A stretch of DNA of 64,000 nt from Spirochaetaceae bacterium. Lineage in GTDB: Bacteria > Spirochaetota > Spirochaetia > DSM-2461. Of the stretch, positions 49,569-59,130 are shown one piece after another; the stretch's first letter is position 1, and each line of letters opens with the position of its first letter. The position numbers were made by a program, and so were the translations under genes. A model generated the notes under the pieces. That model saw nothing but the letters and a program-made list of their open reading frames with translations. It was not told the DNA's origin and ran no database searches. The stretch covers positions 184,985 to 248,984 of the forward strand of contig JAOPTT010000007.1 in the NCBI GenBank assembly GCA_051531975.1, read 5' to 3'.

Positions 49569-50756
49569 TTATTTGTAAGGGCTGAAATCAATATCATCAA
49601 AATCTGCAAGATCTTCTGATTTGTAACCTGATTTAAAAATTGTATCATAAGTTAATTGCTTATCTGAAGCTAATAAAGTATCAATTGGAGAATATGCAGT
49701 TTTTGCACCATCAATTGAAGGTCCACCAGCAACACCAGTTAATCCATCAACAGCATCAACAACATTTTTAGCAATAGCAACTGAATCTTTTACTAATTTA
49801 GAAACGTCTTTAAATACTGTCATAGTCTGAGTACCTTTACCAGTAATAATATCACCCATTAAACTAGCTAAAGTAACATTTGAAGCATCTTGACCAGTAG
49901 TATAGTACTCATCATATGGAGTTTGCATTTTAGCGAATTCCAATCGAATTGCAGCTGATGTATCATCATTTGGAGCTAATACGAATACTTTGTCTGAAGT
50001 TTTTGTAATTTGAGCTACAACACCAGCAGCTTTAATTCCAGCAGTTTCAGGGTTCCAGTCAGTATCGATAGGTTGCATAGCAGCCTGTAGAGCATCTTTT
50101 GCAGTATCATCAAAGTTAGCTTCTGTGAATAAAGGTAACATTTTGAAAGCATAAGAATCTTGATTTACGATGTTAAACATATCTAAGTTTGGTTGTAACT
50201 CTTCAAATGCACCACCAAAGAAGTAAGTTGCATTTGGCCAGTCAGCAACACGACCAGCAAAAATTGCTAAGTCTGCAGGATTAGCTGAAGTAGCTCCTGA
50301 TGCTTTTGCTGCGTCAACTAAATGTTTACCCATTGCTTTACCAACATTCCAACTATTGAAAGTTGTATAATAATCAGCTACATCTGAAGATGATTTAGCC
50401 ATTCGGTCATGAGCAACTACGATAACGTCTTCACCATGGGCAGCTGCAACAGCAGAAGCACCAGAACCTTGAGAAGTAATAATAATTACTTTAGCGCCTT
50501 TAGCTATTAATGCCTCAACGTTTTGTTTCTCTTTTGCTTCATCACCTTCTGAGAATAAGATCTCATATTCGTAACCTGCACCTAATGCATCTAATTCTGC
50601 TTTAAAGAAAGCACCATCTTGATTAGCCCATCTTTCTTCAGATGCATCTGGTAAAACAACACCAATTTTAATTTTAACACTTTCACCAGCACCACTAGCA
50701 AAAAGAATACCTGACATTGCAGATAAAAGAACCAACATAACTAAAAAACGTTTCAT
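49569..50756 (-). CDS. Monosaccharide ABC transporter substrate-binding protein (ChvE/XylF-like)
   Basis: Signal peptide; IGVVLPDASEERWANQDG, VAHDR, LAPNDD, TGQDA, QTMTVFKD. Confidence 0.85.
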   Translation of the reverse strand: MKRFLVMLVLLSAMSGILFASGAGESVKIKIGVVLPDASEERWANQDGAFFKAELDALGAGYEYEILFSEGDEAKEKQNVEALIAKGAKVIIITSQGSGASAVAAAHGEDVIVVAHDRMAKSSSDVADYYTTFNSWNVGKAMGKHLVDAAKASGATSANPADLAIFAGRVADWPNATYFFGGAFEELQPNLDMFNIVNQDSYAFKMLPLFTEANFDDTAKDALQAAMQPIDTDWNPETAGIKAAGVVAQITKTSDKVFVLAPNDDTSAAIRLEFAKMQTPYDEYYTTGQDASNVTLASLMGDIITGKGTQTMTVFKDVSKLVKDSVAIAKNVVDAVDGLTGVAGGPSIDGAKTAYSPIDTLLASDKQLTYDTIFKSGYKSEDLADFDDIDFSPYK

Positions 50757-50874
50757 AAAAACCTCCTGTGAAACATTACAAATTGCAGATTAAAAAATTT
50801 ATCTGCAAAGTTTATTTTAAAACACATGAATTCTACTAGAAGACCTGTGCCCTAATATTTATTTAAAATATTTA

Positions 50875-52305
50875 TTAAGCAAAATCAGCTTCTACGCTCA
50901 TTCTGATTTTGTCTCTAATTTTGTTAAATGCACCTTGTGCATTTGTATACTTATATTCAAAATCTATTAAATCAGAACGATCTTCTTTTCTTGCTGTTTT
51001 AAGTTCAGCTTTAGCTTTAGCAAAGTTACTCTTGTCGATTGTAAATTCTTCTTTATAATGTTTTTTAGCATAATGTATTCCTACTAAATCAACAGGATTT
51101 ACATTTCTTGTGTAGATATCAAATACGACTGCAAGTAACAATACTCCACCTAAGATGATTGGTTCTATGTTTGCATCAATACCTGCTAAAGCCATACCGT
51201 TTTTAAGTGACATAATTACAATTGCACCAACTACAGCATTTACAACTTTACCAACACCACCACTAGCACTGGTTCCACCAATGAAGGCAGCTGCGATAGC
51301 GTATAATTCCCAGAATGGACCATGTTTTGGGGAAGCATTTTCTAATCTGGAAACATACATAACACCAGAAATCATCGCTAATACACCCATAGAAATAAAT
51401 ACAATAATCAATATAATTTCTACACTAATACCAGATAACTCAGCAGCTTCAGGATTTCCTCCAACTGCATAAATCCTTCTACCTAATGTTGTTTGTGTTG
51501 TCATGAAATGATAAATAGCAACTACAGCAACTGTAATTAATAATAAGTATGAAATACCTTTATTTGCACTAAATACGTAAGTTAAATATCCTATAATAGC
51601 CGTTAATATAAATAATTTTGTAATAAACAATGCTATTTTTTCACTTGGAATATTTAATTTTTTATTTTTTATCCTTTTTCGTGTTCCAGATATTAGAATG
51701 GCAACTATTATTACTATCCCAATTAAAAGTGAAATTAAATCGTATCCACCTACTTCAAATGTAGGTAAATAACCTGTCCCAACTTCAATAAAGAAAGGAT
51801 TTGTTGTTGAAATTGTTCTATTTCCGGTTTTAAACATTAATAAACCTTTAAAAATAAACATTCCTGCAAGTGTAACAACAAATGATGGAACTTTAATTTT
51901 TGCAATAAAGTATCCTTTAATGATACCTACAATTACTGTTATTACTAATGCACCAAGCAGTGCAACTATTACTGATTGACCACCCGTTTCAACAGCAACA
52001 ACAACATAAGCTCCCAGGAATGCACCAATAAATCCAACAGATAGATCGATTTGTCTTGTAACAATTACAAGTGTCATACCTACAGCAAGGACGGCGACAT
52101 ATGCAGTTTGATTTAAAAGGTTTGTGAAGTTGAAAGGTCCTAAGAAAATCCAACCAGTCATAAACCCAAAAACAATAAATATAACAACTAATGCTATAAA
52201 CATTCCATAATCTCTAATGTTAGTTCTAAACATTGATATCAATGTAAGGAAGTATTTGTAAATAGACCAAGCTATTTTCCCGAATATGTTTTTATTTTTA
52301 CTCAT
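50875..52305 (-). CDS. Monosaccharide ABC permease (GguB/XylH-like) with C-terminal extension
   Basis: IDLSVG, GRRIYAVGGNPEAAELSGI, ELYAIAAAFIGGTSASGG. Confidence 0.9.
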   Translation of the reverse strand: MSKNKNIFGKIAWSIYKYFLTLISMFRTNIRDYGMFIALVVIFIVFGFMTGWIFLGPFNFTNLLNQTAYVAVLAVGMTLVIVTRQIDLSVGFIGAFLGAYVVVAVETGGQSVIVALLGALVITVIVGIIKGYFIAKIKVPSFVVTLAGMFIFKGLLMFKTGNRTISTTNPFFIEVGTGYLPTFEVGGYDLISLLIGIVIIVAILISGTRKRIKNKKLNIPSEKIALFITKLFILTAIIGYLTYVFSANKGISYLLLITVAVVAIYHFMTTQTTLGRRIYAVGGNPEAAELSGISVEIILIIVFISMGVLAMISGVMYVSRLENASPKHGPFWELYAIAAAFIGGTSASGGVGKVVNAVVGAIVIMSLKNGMALAGIDANIEPIILGGVLLLAVVFDIYTRNVNPVDLVGIHYAKKHYKEEFTIDKSNFAKAKAELKTARKEDRSDLIDFEYKYTNAQGAFNKIRDKIRMSVEADFA

Positions 52306-52313
52306 AAGTTCTC

Positions 52314-53834
52314 CTAAACTGTTGCACTTGCCATAATTTTTTCAGGTGTTGCATCTTTAATATCAAATTCAGCAGTTTGTATACCTTCAGCGATAACGTA
52401 AACTCTGTCACACATACCTAAAACTTCTGGTAATTCCGACGAAATTATCACTATACTCATACCTTTTGCTACTAAATCATTAATAATTGTATATATTTCA
52501 TATTTTGCACCAACATCAATACCCCGAGTTGGTTCATCTAAAATTAATATTTCAGGTTCTGCAAATAACCATTTACTGATTTGTACTTTTTGTTGATTTC
52601 CACCACTTAAGTTTTTAACTTGTTGTAATATTGATGGAGTTCGAATATCAATATCCTTTACATACTTCTTAGCGTACGTATTTTGCTTAAAGAAATTAAT
52701 AATACCTATTTTGGAAATCTTCTCTAATGCAGAAATAGTTATATTTTGTTCAATTGTTTCTCCTAAGATAAGTCCATCTTTTTTTCTATCTTCAGATACA
52801 TATGCAATACCATGTTTTATTGCTTTTTTAGGAGATGTCAGCTTAACTGCTTTTCCAAATACAATTGTACTTCCGGATATTTTATATTCTTTTGGATTTC
52901 CAAAAATACTATGTGCAAGTTCTGTTCTACCTGCTCCCATTAATCCTGCAATACCAACAACTTCGCCTTTATGAACCTTTATGTTTGAATCATTTACAAT
53001 GTATCTGTTTAAAGAAGTATCGAATGCATTAAAGTGAACCGTTTCTAATACAACTTCTCCACCTTTGTATTTAGGTCTTTTTGGGAAAATATCATCAATT
53101 TCTCTACCAACCATGTTTTTGATTATTTGTTGTTCATTAATTTCTTCTTTTTTCATTCTGGCAACTGTCTTACCATCACGTATTACAGTTATAGAGTCTG
53201 CGATTGCTTCTACTTCTTTTAATTTATGGGAGATCATAATTGAAGTAATTCCTTGCTTTTTTAGGTCTACAAGTAATTTCAATAAATTATCGCTATCATC
53301 TTCATTTAGTGCTGCCGTTGGCTCATCTAATATTAGTAATTTAACATTTTGGCTTAGTGCTTTTGCAATTTCAATTAATTGTTGTTTCCCAACACCAAGA
53401 GAACCAACCAAACTATAAATATCAACATCCAATCCAACCATATCCAGATATTTTTTTGCTTCTTCTTTTGTTTTGTCCCAGTTCATAACAGATAGGTTAT
53501 TGTGTATTTCATGTCCAACAAAAACATTTTCATATACAGTAAGATTTGGAAAAAGTTCCAGTTCCTGGTTTATAATAACGATACCATCAGATACAGAATC
53601 TTTGATTCCGTGAAAATGCTTTATTTTATTATCAAATATTATATCTCCATCATAATCACCGTATGGATAAATTCCACTTAATACTTTCATAAGTGTTGAT
53701 TTTCCGGCTCCATTTTCACCTACTATAAAATGAATATCTCCTTTTTCAACTGATATATCTACTTCATCGAGAGCTTTAACACCTGGGAATGACTTCGTTA
53801 TTGATTTCATTCTTAATAGAGTGCTGTTTTCCAA
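52314..53834 (-). CDS. Monosaccharide ABC ATP-binding protein (GguA/XylG-like)
   Basis: GENGAGKSTLMK, LDEPT twice, LSGGNQQK. Confidence 0.94.
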   Translation of the reverse strand: MENSTLLRMKSITKSFPGVKALDEVDISVEKGDIHFIVGENGAGKSTLMKVLSGIYPYGDYDGDIIFDNKIKHFHGIKDSVSDGIVIINQELELFPNLTVYENVFVGHEIHNNLSVMNWDKTKEEAKKYLDMVGLDVDIYSLVGSLGVGKQQLIEIAKALSQNVKLLILDEPTAALNEDDSDNLLKLLVDLKKQGITSIMISHKLKEVEAIADSITVIRDGKTVARMKKEEINEQQIIKNMVGREIDDIFPKRPKYKGGEVVLETVHFNAFDTSLNRYIVNDSNIKVHKGEVVGIAGLMGAGRTELAHSIFGNPKEYKISGSTIVFGKAVKLTSPKKAIKHGIAYVSEDRKKDGLILGETIEQNITISALEKISKIGIINFFKQNTYAKKYVKDIDIRTPSILQQVKNLSGGNQQKVQISKWLFAEPEILILDEPTRGIDVGAKYEIYTIINDLVAKGMSIVIISSELPEVLGMCDRVYVIAEGIQTAEFDIKDATPEKIMASATV

Positions 53835-54072
53835 AAAAATACCTCCTATAATTATTTTGCATTTATTTCTTATGTTAATTCTGAATCTTATTAATTCCTT
53901 GAAAAGGTTTGTAATTAGCTAATTATCAACTAATTACCGTTTAAGAAACTTCTAGATTTTATTTTATGATTTATTATATGACTGGAATTCAGTATCTACA
54001 TATAGGACATTTAGATTTAAAACTGTTCAATTTTGACATTACGATTTTTTTTTAAATTATATTAGCACAATC

Positions 54073-55110
54073 TTATGGTTTGTTTTGTCCTATGACATTA
54101 CGATATACATCTTCTTTGGAATGGAATCCATCGTTTATAACAGTATCATCCAGTTGTTCTCTAAATACAGGTATAGGCTTTTCAACATAAAATGGGATCT
54201 CTATATCACTATTATTATCTATATATCTATCGGGTTTAAACTGGGATTTATTAGCCATTGATACAGCTAATTTAGCTGCTCTAACAGCTAGGCGGTGAAT
54301 CGGCTTATACACAGTCATCAATTGTGTTCCTTCGACAATATTCTGACAGGAGACTAGATCTGCATCCTGGCCGACAACAGCTACTTGCCCTGCTAATTGT
54401 CTTTCAGACAGTAGTCTAATGGCAGCCTGGGCAATTAGATCATTTGCTGCAGATATGGCCTGTATATCTTCTGTTCTCTCCAGAACCTTCCCAATCTCAA
54501 TTATGGCTTCATCATAACTCCAATGTTCTAACCAGATCTCTTCTACAAGATTAATATCTCCCTGTTCTATAAAAGGGTCTAGAACCTCATGAACCCCATT
54601 GTTAACTTGAGTGCTATTGTTATCATGAACAGAGCCGTTAACAATGATATAATTGCCTTTTGGAACATGGTTAGTTAGGGACACTGCTAAAAGCCTTCCC
54701 ACCTCGGTATTATCAAAAGAGACATAACCAGTTATAGGAACATCCATAATTGGTCTGTCATATGCTAATACGGGAATCCCCCGATCAAGGGTTTTCTGAA
54801 TAACTCCCGCCAATAGGGCCTTATCCTGGGGAATGACTACAAGAACATCGATATCTTGTTTTAATAGATATAGTATCTGAGGAATCTGATCATTGGCAGT
54901 ACCAGAAGATTTGGCAAATATTACTTCTGCATTTAATTCTCTTGCCGCGTTCATAAAGATCTTTATATCTCTGTCCCATCTCTCTAGAAGGAAGGTTTCT
55001 GACGCCACAGAAAAACCGATACGGATAACTTCATTATCTTTGGGTTTATTTTTAGAACAGGAAGAAATGAGAATAATGGAAATAATTATGAAAATATACT
55101 TTTTGGACAT
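54073..55110 (-). CDS. XylF-like sugar-binding lipoprotein
   Basis: Lipobox ISSC; ERWDRD, VLAYDR, VSFDN..VG, VVGQDADL, QLMTVYKP. Confidence 0.88.
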   Translation of the reverse strand: MSKKYIFIIISIILISSCSKNKPKDNEVIRIGFSVASETFLLERWDRDIKIFMNAARELNAEVIFAKSSGTANDQIPQILYLLKQDIDVLVVIPQDKALLAGVIQKTLDRGIPVLAYDRPIMDVPITGYVSFDNTEVGRLLAVSLTNHVPKGNYIIVNGSVHDNNSTQVNNGVHEVLDPFIEQGDINLVEEIWLEHWSYDEAIIEIGKVLERTEDIQAISAANDLIAQAAIRLLSERQLAGQVAVVGQDADLVSCQNIVEGTQLMTVYKPIHRLAVRAAKLAVSMANKSQFKPDRYIDNNSDIEIPFYVEKPIPVFREQLDDTVINDGFHSKEDVYRNVIGQNKP

Positions 55111-56603
55111 TATAGTGAACCTCTTTTTTCAAAATCAGATGGTGAAATACCCATAACTTTTCGGAAAATACGACTGAAGTAGTTCGGATCTTTGTAACCA
55201 ACCAGATAGGTAACCTCTTTTATGGTGATATTTTTATCTCTAAGCAGTATCACGGCTGCGTTAATACGGTAACGATTTAGATAATCAATGAAATTGATAT
55301 CTAGATGCTCTGAAAACAGTCTACTCAGATAACTTCCTGAGACTAAACACTCATCGGCAACCAATGTAAGTGATAGTTTTTCTCTGTAGTTTTCTGCTAT
55401 AAACGACAAAGCTTTATTTAATGGAAGAGGGTAAGAATAATTCTTTTGCATATCCAAGACAGCAAATAGGGATCTCATGGCACCTTCAGCCCATTTTTCC
55501 CAGGCATCAATGGATTCGAGGGGCATAATCTCCTCGGCAGGCTCTATATTGAATTGATTATCTAATAGTATATGACTCTCTATGTCCTGTAATAACAGTG
55601 TAAATAGAGCCACCATTTTTCCTTTTGCAACTGGAAATGTGTCCATCTTAAATGTGTGAATCCAAAATTCCTTAAAAAGATCTTCCCCGATAGCTCTTTC
55701 ACTTTTAAGTATATTCTTAAATAGGGACAATATTTTTCTTTGTTGTAAGTCACCGCCCCCAGATCCTGATTTTTCATCAGAAAAAGGTAAATAGGCTTCA
55801 GAGAATGATTTTGTGATTTCGGAATAATGGTAGATAGATCCAACTCCAAGAATTAGATTATATTTTTCCATCTGACCTATAATTTTCCGTATATTCGATT
55901 CGAGATTTTTTAAGTCTCTCTCTTCTGGAAACAGAAACAATAATTTATCCCCTAACTCACTAGTAAGACAATTATACTTATATTTGATTTTCTGAGTGAT
56001 GATTTTAAATATATCGGCCCTCATATCCAAGGAAATATGTGAAATACCTCCAATCAAGTAAATAGCTGCCTTTTCACAGTTGATAGAAAAGACTTTTGCA
56101 AATTCATCCCATTCCTTCTCCTGTGGATTATTCCAGATTAAGGTTGTTAAAAATGATTTTTGCATTTCGCTTCGGGTTTTTTCTAGGAGTTGAACATCTT
56201 CCAACTTGTGTGCACTTTCTTTTTTCCTGATATCCAGATAATGCTTAACTTTATCCAGCTCTTCTAGAACCTTATTTCTTGAGACCGGTTTAATTAGGTA
56301 GCTGAAAACACCGAGACGAATAGCTTTCTGAGCAATATCAAATCTCTCGTATGCTGTAGATAGAATAAATACCATATTGGGGAATAGAGGTCTTAGCTGT
56401 TTTATCACCTCAATACCATCTAAACCAGGCATCTGAATGTCCATAAAGACTAGATCTGGTGACTTTTCTGTTATCTCTTTTATGGCCTCAGTTCCAGAAC
56501 GTGCCTGTCCACAGAGAGTAAATTCTGTAACGTATTTTTTAAAAATAAAATTGAAACTATCCAGAACAGGTTCTTCATCATCAACAATCATAACTCTATA
56601 CAT
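55110..56603 (-). CDS. YesN-type response regulator (REC + AraC HTH)
   Basis: MIVDDE, VFMDIQMPGLDG; C-terminal VGYKDPNYFSRIFRKVMG. Confidence 0.93.
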   Translation of the reverse strand: MYRVMIVDDEEPVLDSFNFIFKKYVTEFTLCGQARSGTEAIKEITEKSPDLVFMDIQMPGLDGIEVIKQLRPLFPNMVFILSTAYERFDIAQKAIRLGVFSYLIKPVSRNKVLEELDKVKHYLDIRKKESAHKLEDVQLLEKTRSEMQKSFLTTLIWNNPQEKEWDEFAKVFSINCEKAAIYLIGGISHISLDMRADIFKIITQKIKYKYNCLTSELGDKLLFLFPEERDLKNLESNIRKIIGQMEKYNLILGVGSIYHYSEITKSFSEAYLPFSDEKSGSGGGDLQQRKILSLFKNILKSERAIGEDLFKEFWIHTFKMDTFPVAKGKMVALFTLLLQDIESHILLDNQFNIEPAEEIMPLESIDAWEKWAEGAMRSLFAVLDMQKNYSYPLPLNKALSFIAENYREKLSLTLVADECLVSGSYLSRLFSEHLDINFIDYLNRYRINAAVILLRDKNITIKEVTYLVGYKDPNYFSRIFRKVMGISPSDFEKRGSL

Positions 56604-58084
56604 GGATCCACCTCTGTATTAATATTAATAATAATTTCAGTTCCATTTTGGCTCTCGCTCTTGATTTCTATTACGTTATCCTCTTCTGGATAAAAAAAGT
56701 AACAACGTTGTATAACATTTTCTAACCCCATAACCTTTGAACTTAACTGATAATCATGAGTATGGGATGTTAATAAGGCCTTAACTGTTTTTTGGGGGAT
56801 ACCAATTCCATTATCCTTAACACTAATTTTCAGGATAGGGTCGAGAAATTCTATTTTGACAATAATACTTCCTAACCCCTCTTTTGTTTTAAAAGCATGT
56901 ACTACAGAGTTTTCGACAATGGGTTGAAGGATCATGGCTGGACAGCTGAACCTGTCCAGGAGATCCTCGGGGATTATTAATTCAAGATTTAGAGAGTGGG
57001 GGAATCTTATTTTCAATATGTTAAAATAGGATTTTAATCCCTCGTATTCATGGCGGAGAGGTACAAAGAATTTCTTCTCCCTTATATTATAACGAAACAG
57101 TGCTGCCAGGTTTTCCATAAAGTCAGCTGTTTTCTCCGCTTCTTCAACGATGGCTAGCTGAACACCTGTATTAATCGTATTAAAAAGAAAATGTGGGTTC
57201 ATCTGAGCCTGCATAGTATATAATTCCATTCTCTTGAGTAGTTGCTCCATCTTCAAATTACGAACCCTCTCGGTCATTATCTGCTTTTCAATCTCTTTCT
57301 GTTTTTGTAATTCCTTTATGTAATGGCTGATGCTGTTCTTCATATTATTAAAAGCGGTCGCTACGTGATTTATCTCATTAACAGAGTCAAATTTAACATC
57401 AGGAAGTTCAAAATCTCCACTTGAAATTTTTTCAGCCATAATAGACAACTGCTGAATAGGATAAGATACTGTATTGATATTTCTCATGAGTATGGAAAAT
57501 GAAAATGCCATAATGAGTATTATCAGAATGAGACTGTAGAGTTGAATGTTTCTAAATAGATCCAGAAAATTACCATATTCTCCTAATTGACTTCTGAATC
57601 CTTGTAGACTGACAATATCAATCCGCTTTGTTATATAATTGTATAGTACAAATAAATCTTCAAATCCTCCGGTGTATTCACTTACATTACGTCCTCTTTT
57701 CCATTCTATTATCTGTTTTACCTGAATAAGGTAAGAATCAAGTAAAAAATATATTTCCCGCTTTAACAACTCCTCATCATCATTATAAATCTGACGAGAA
57801 TCGGGTAAGGATTCTTTTAAGGTCTCTGTTGAATATAAAAGCTTAGCCAATGAGGATGATGAGTAAACACTCAAATAGGTCTCAAGCGAGGTCTGAATCT
57901 CGTTTAACTGGAGCTGGAGTTCATGAAGGATCTGCTCATCTTCAAACCTCTTATCCGCAATATTCTGTAGTGTCAGTGAAATGGCAAATATGAATCCAAA
58001 AGAGATAAGGGTAAAGGAGATGGAAAAAGTAAAATAATAGAGTAATTTTGCTTTTAATGAGTTTTTGATTCTAAATTTACTCAC
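56588..58084 (-). CDS. YesM/LytS-type sensor histidine kinase
   Basis: Two TM segments, HAMP, QAQMNPHFLFNT, LQPIVENSVVH, DNGIG. Confidence 0.93.
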   Translation of the reverse strand: MSKFRIKNSLKAKLLYYFTFSISFTLISFGFIFAISLTLQNIADKRFEDEQILHELQLQLNEIQTSLETYLSVYSSSSLAKLLYSTETLKESLPDSRQIYNDDEELLKREIYFLLDSYLIQVKQIIEWKRGRNVSEYTGGFEDLFVLYNYITKRIDIVSLQGFRSQLGEYGNFLDLFRNIQLYSLILIILIMAFSFSILMRNINTVSYPIQQLSIMAEKISSGDFELPDVKFDSVNEINHVATAFNNMKNSISHYIKELQKQKEIEKQIMTERVRNLKMEQLLKRMELYTMQAQMNPHFLFNTINTGVQLAIVEEAEKTADFMENLAALFRYNIREKKFFVPLRHEYEGLKSYFNILKIRFPHSLNLELIIPEDLLDRFSCPAMILQPIVENSVVHAFKTKEGLGSIIVKIEFLDPILKISVKDNGIGIPQKTVKALLTSHTHDYQLSSKVMGLENVIQRCYFFYPEEDNVIEIKSESQNGTEIIININTEVDPCIEL

Positions 58085-59048
58085 CGTTTCCTACCCCGCG
58101 TCCATCCTTTGTAATGACACTAATTCCCGTGTCTACAAATGCCGATGTATAACCATTTGTACTCAGTTCCTGAAGAGCCATAACTGCACTGAATCCAATA
58201 CGGTAGGGGTTTCTAATAATAGAACCTAAGATAAGTTCCTTATCTATATATTCCTTAATTTTTTTATCATCACCAAATCCAATAATTTTCACATTTCCTA
58301 CAAGATTCATATCTATTATGGCCTGAACCGAAACCAGTGTATCATTTGGATCTGTCAAAACTATGACATCTATTTTTTGTTCCTGACGCATTAATTGATA
58401 TGTTAGTCTCTCGGCATCCAGGGGATTCATACTTGTAACTTCTGTCTGAAGATGATTGATTTTATCATTTAGAATAGAGTTTAGTCCAAGTTCCACAAGA
58501 TTCCCATCTGACATCAGTCCCGGATTTTTATCACTGAAAACAAGGGCTATGTTTAGTTTATCGCTTTTCGCTTTTAACGCTAGTTTAGCTATTGCTTTGC
58601 CAGATTCAAAATTATTTGTACCAATAAAGAATGTTGTTTCATCACGAATAATTTCATTTTCTATCTGTATTATAGGGATACCTGCTTTTGAGATTTTTGT
58701 AAGGTTTTTAATGATTTTATCATCTTTTGAATATGGGTATATACCAATTCCATCGACCCCGGATAAGGTAACCATATCAAAACTCATTGGATCTGCATCG
58801 ATCTCATGAAAAGTGATTGCACAATCCATAGTCTCTGAGGCATGGATTGCCCCTTCTTTTAATAGAGTGAAAAATGAATAATTCGATGCTGGGAGGAAGA
58901 AGGCATAATGATTGGATTTCTCTTCGCTATCCTCTCTGTCACCCCTGAAGAAAAATGTACTCTTCAGCATTGTACTAAGCGATAATAAAAGAAATATGAT
59001 AAAAAGTGAGGTGAAAATGTAAGGTGCATATTTAAAGAATCTATTCAC
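58077..59048 (-). CDS. Membrane-anchored sugar-sensing periplasmic binding protein (XylFII-like)
   Basis: N-terminal TM; RbsB-like fold motifs FIGTNNFESG, IIGFGD, VDTG; overlaps the kinase gene. Confidence 0.8.
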   Translation of the reverse strand: MNRFFKYAPYIFTSLFIIFLLLSLSTMLKSTFFFRGDREDSEEKSNHYAFFLPASNYSFFTLLKEGAIHASETMDCAITFHEIDADPMSFDMVTLSGVDGIGIYPYSKDDKIIKNLTKISKAGIPIIQIENEIIRDETTFFIGTNNFESGKAIAKLALKAKSDKLNIALVFSDKNPGLMSDGNLVELGLNSILNDKINHLQTEVTSMNPLDAERLTYQLMRQEQKIDVIVLTDPNDTLVSVQAIIDMNLVGNVKIIGFGDDKKIKEYIDKELILGSIIRNPYRIGFSAVMALQELSTNGYTSAFVDTGISVITKDGRGVGNGE

Positions 59049-59130
59049 AAAATAAGTTTAGATTCAAAAATTGATATTGTAAAGTATCATTTAAAGTTAT
59101 CTGTTTATCCATAAGTTTTCCTAAATGTTG

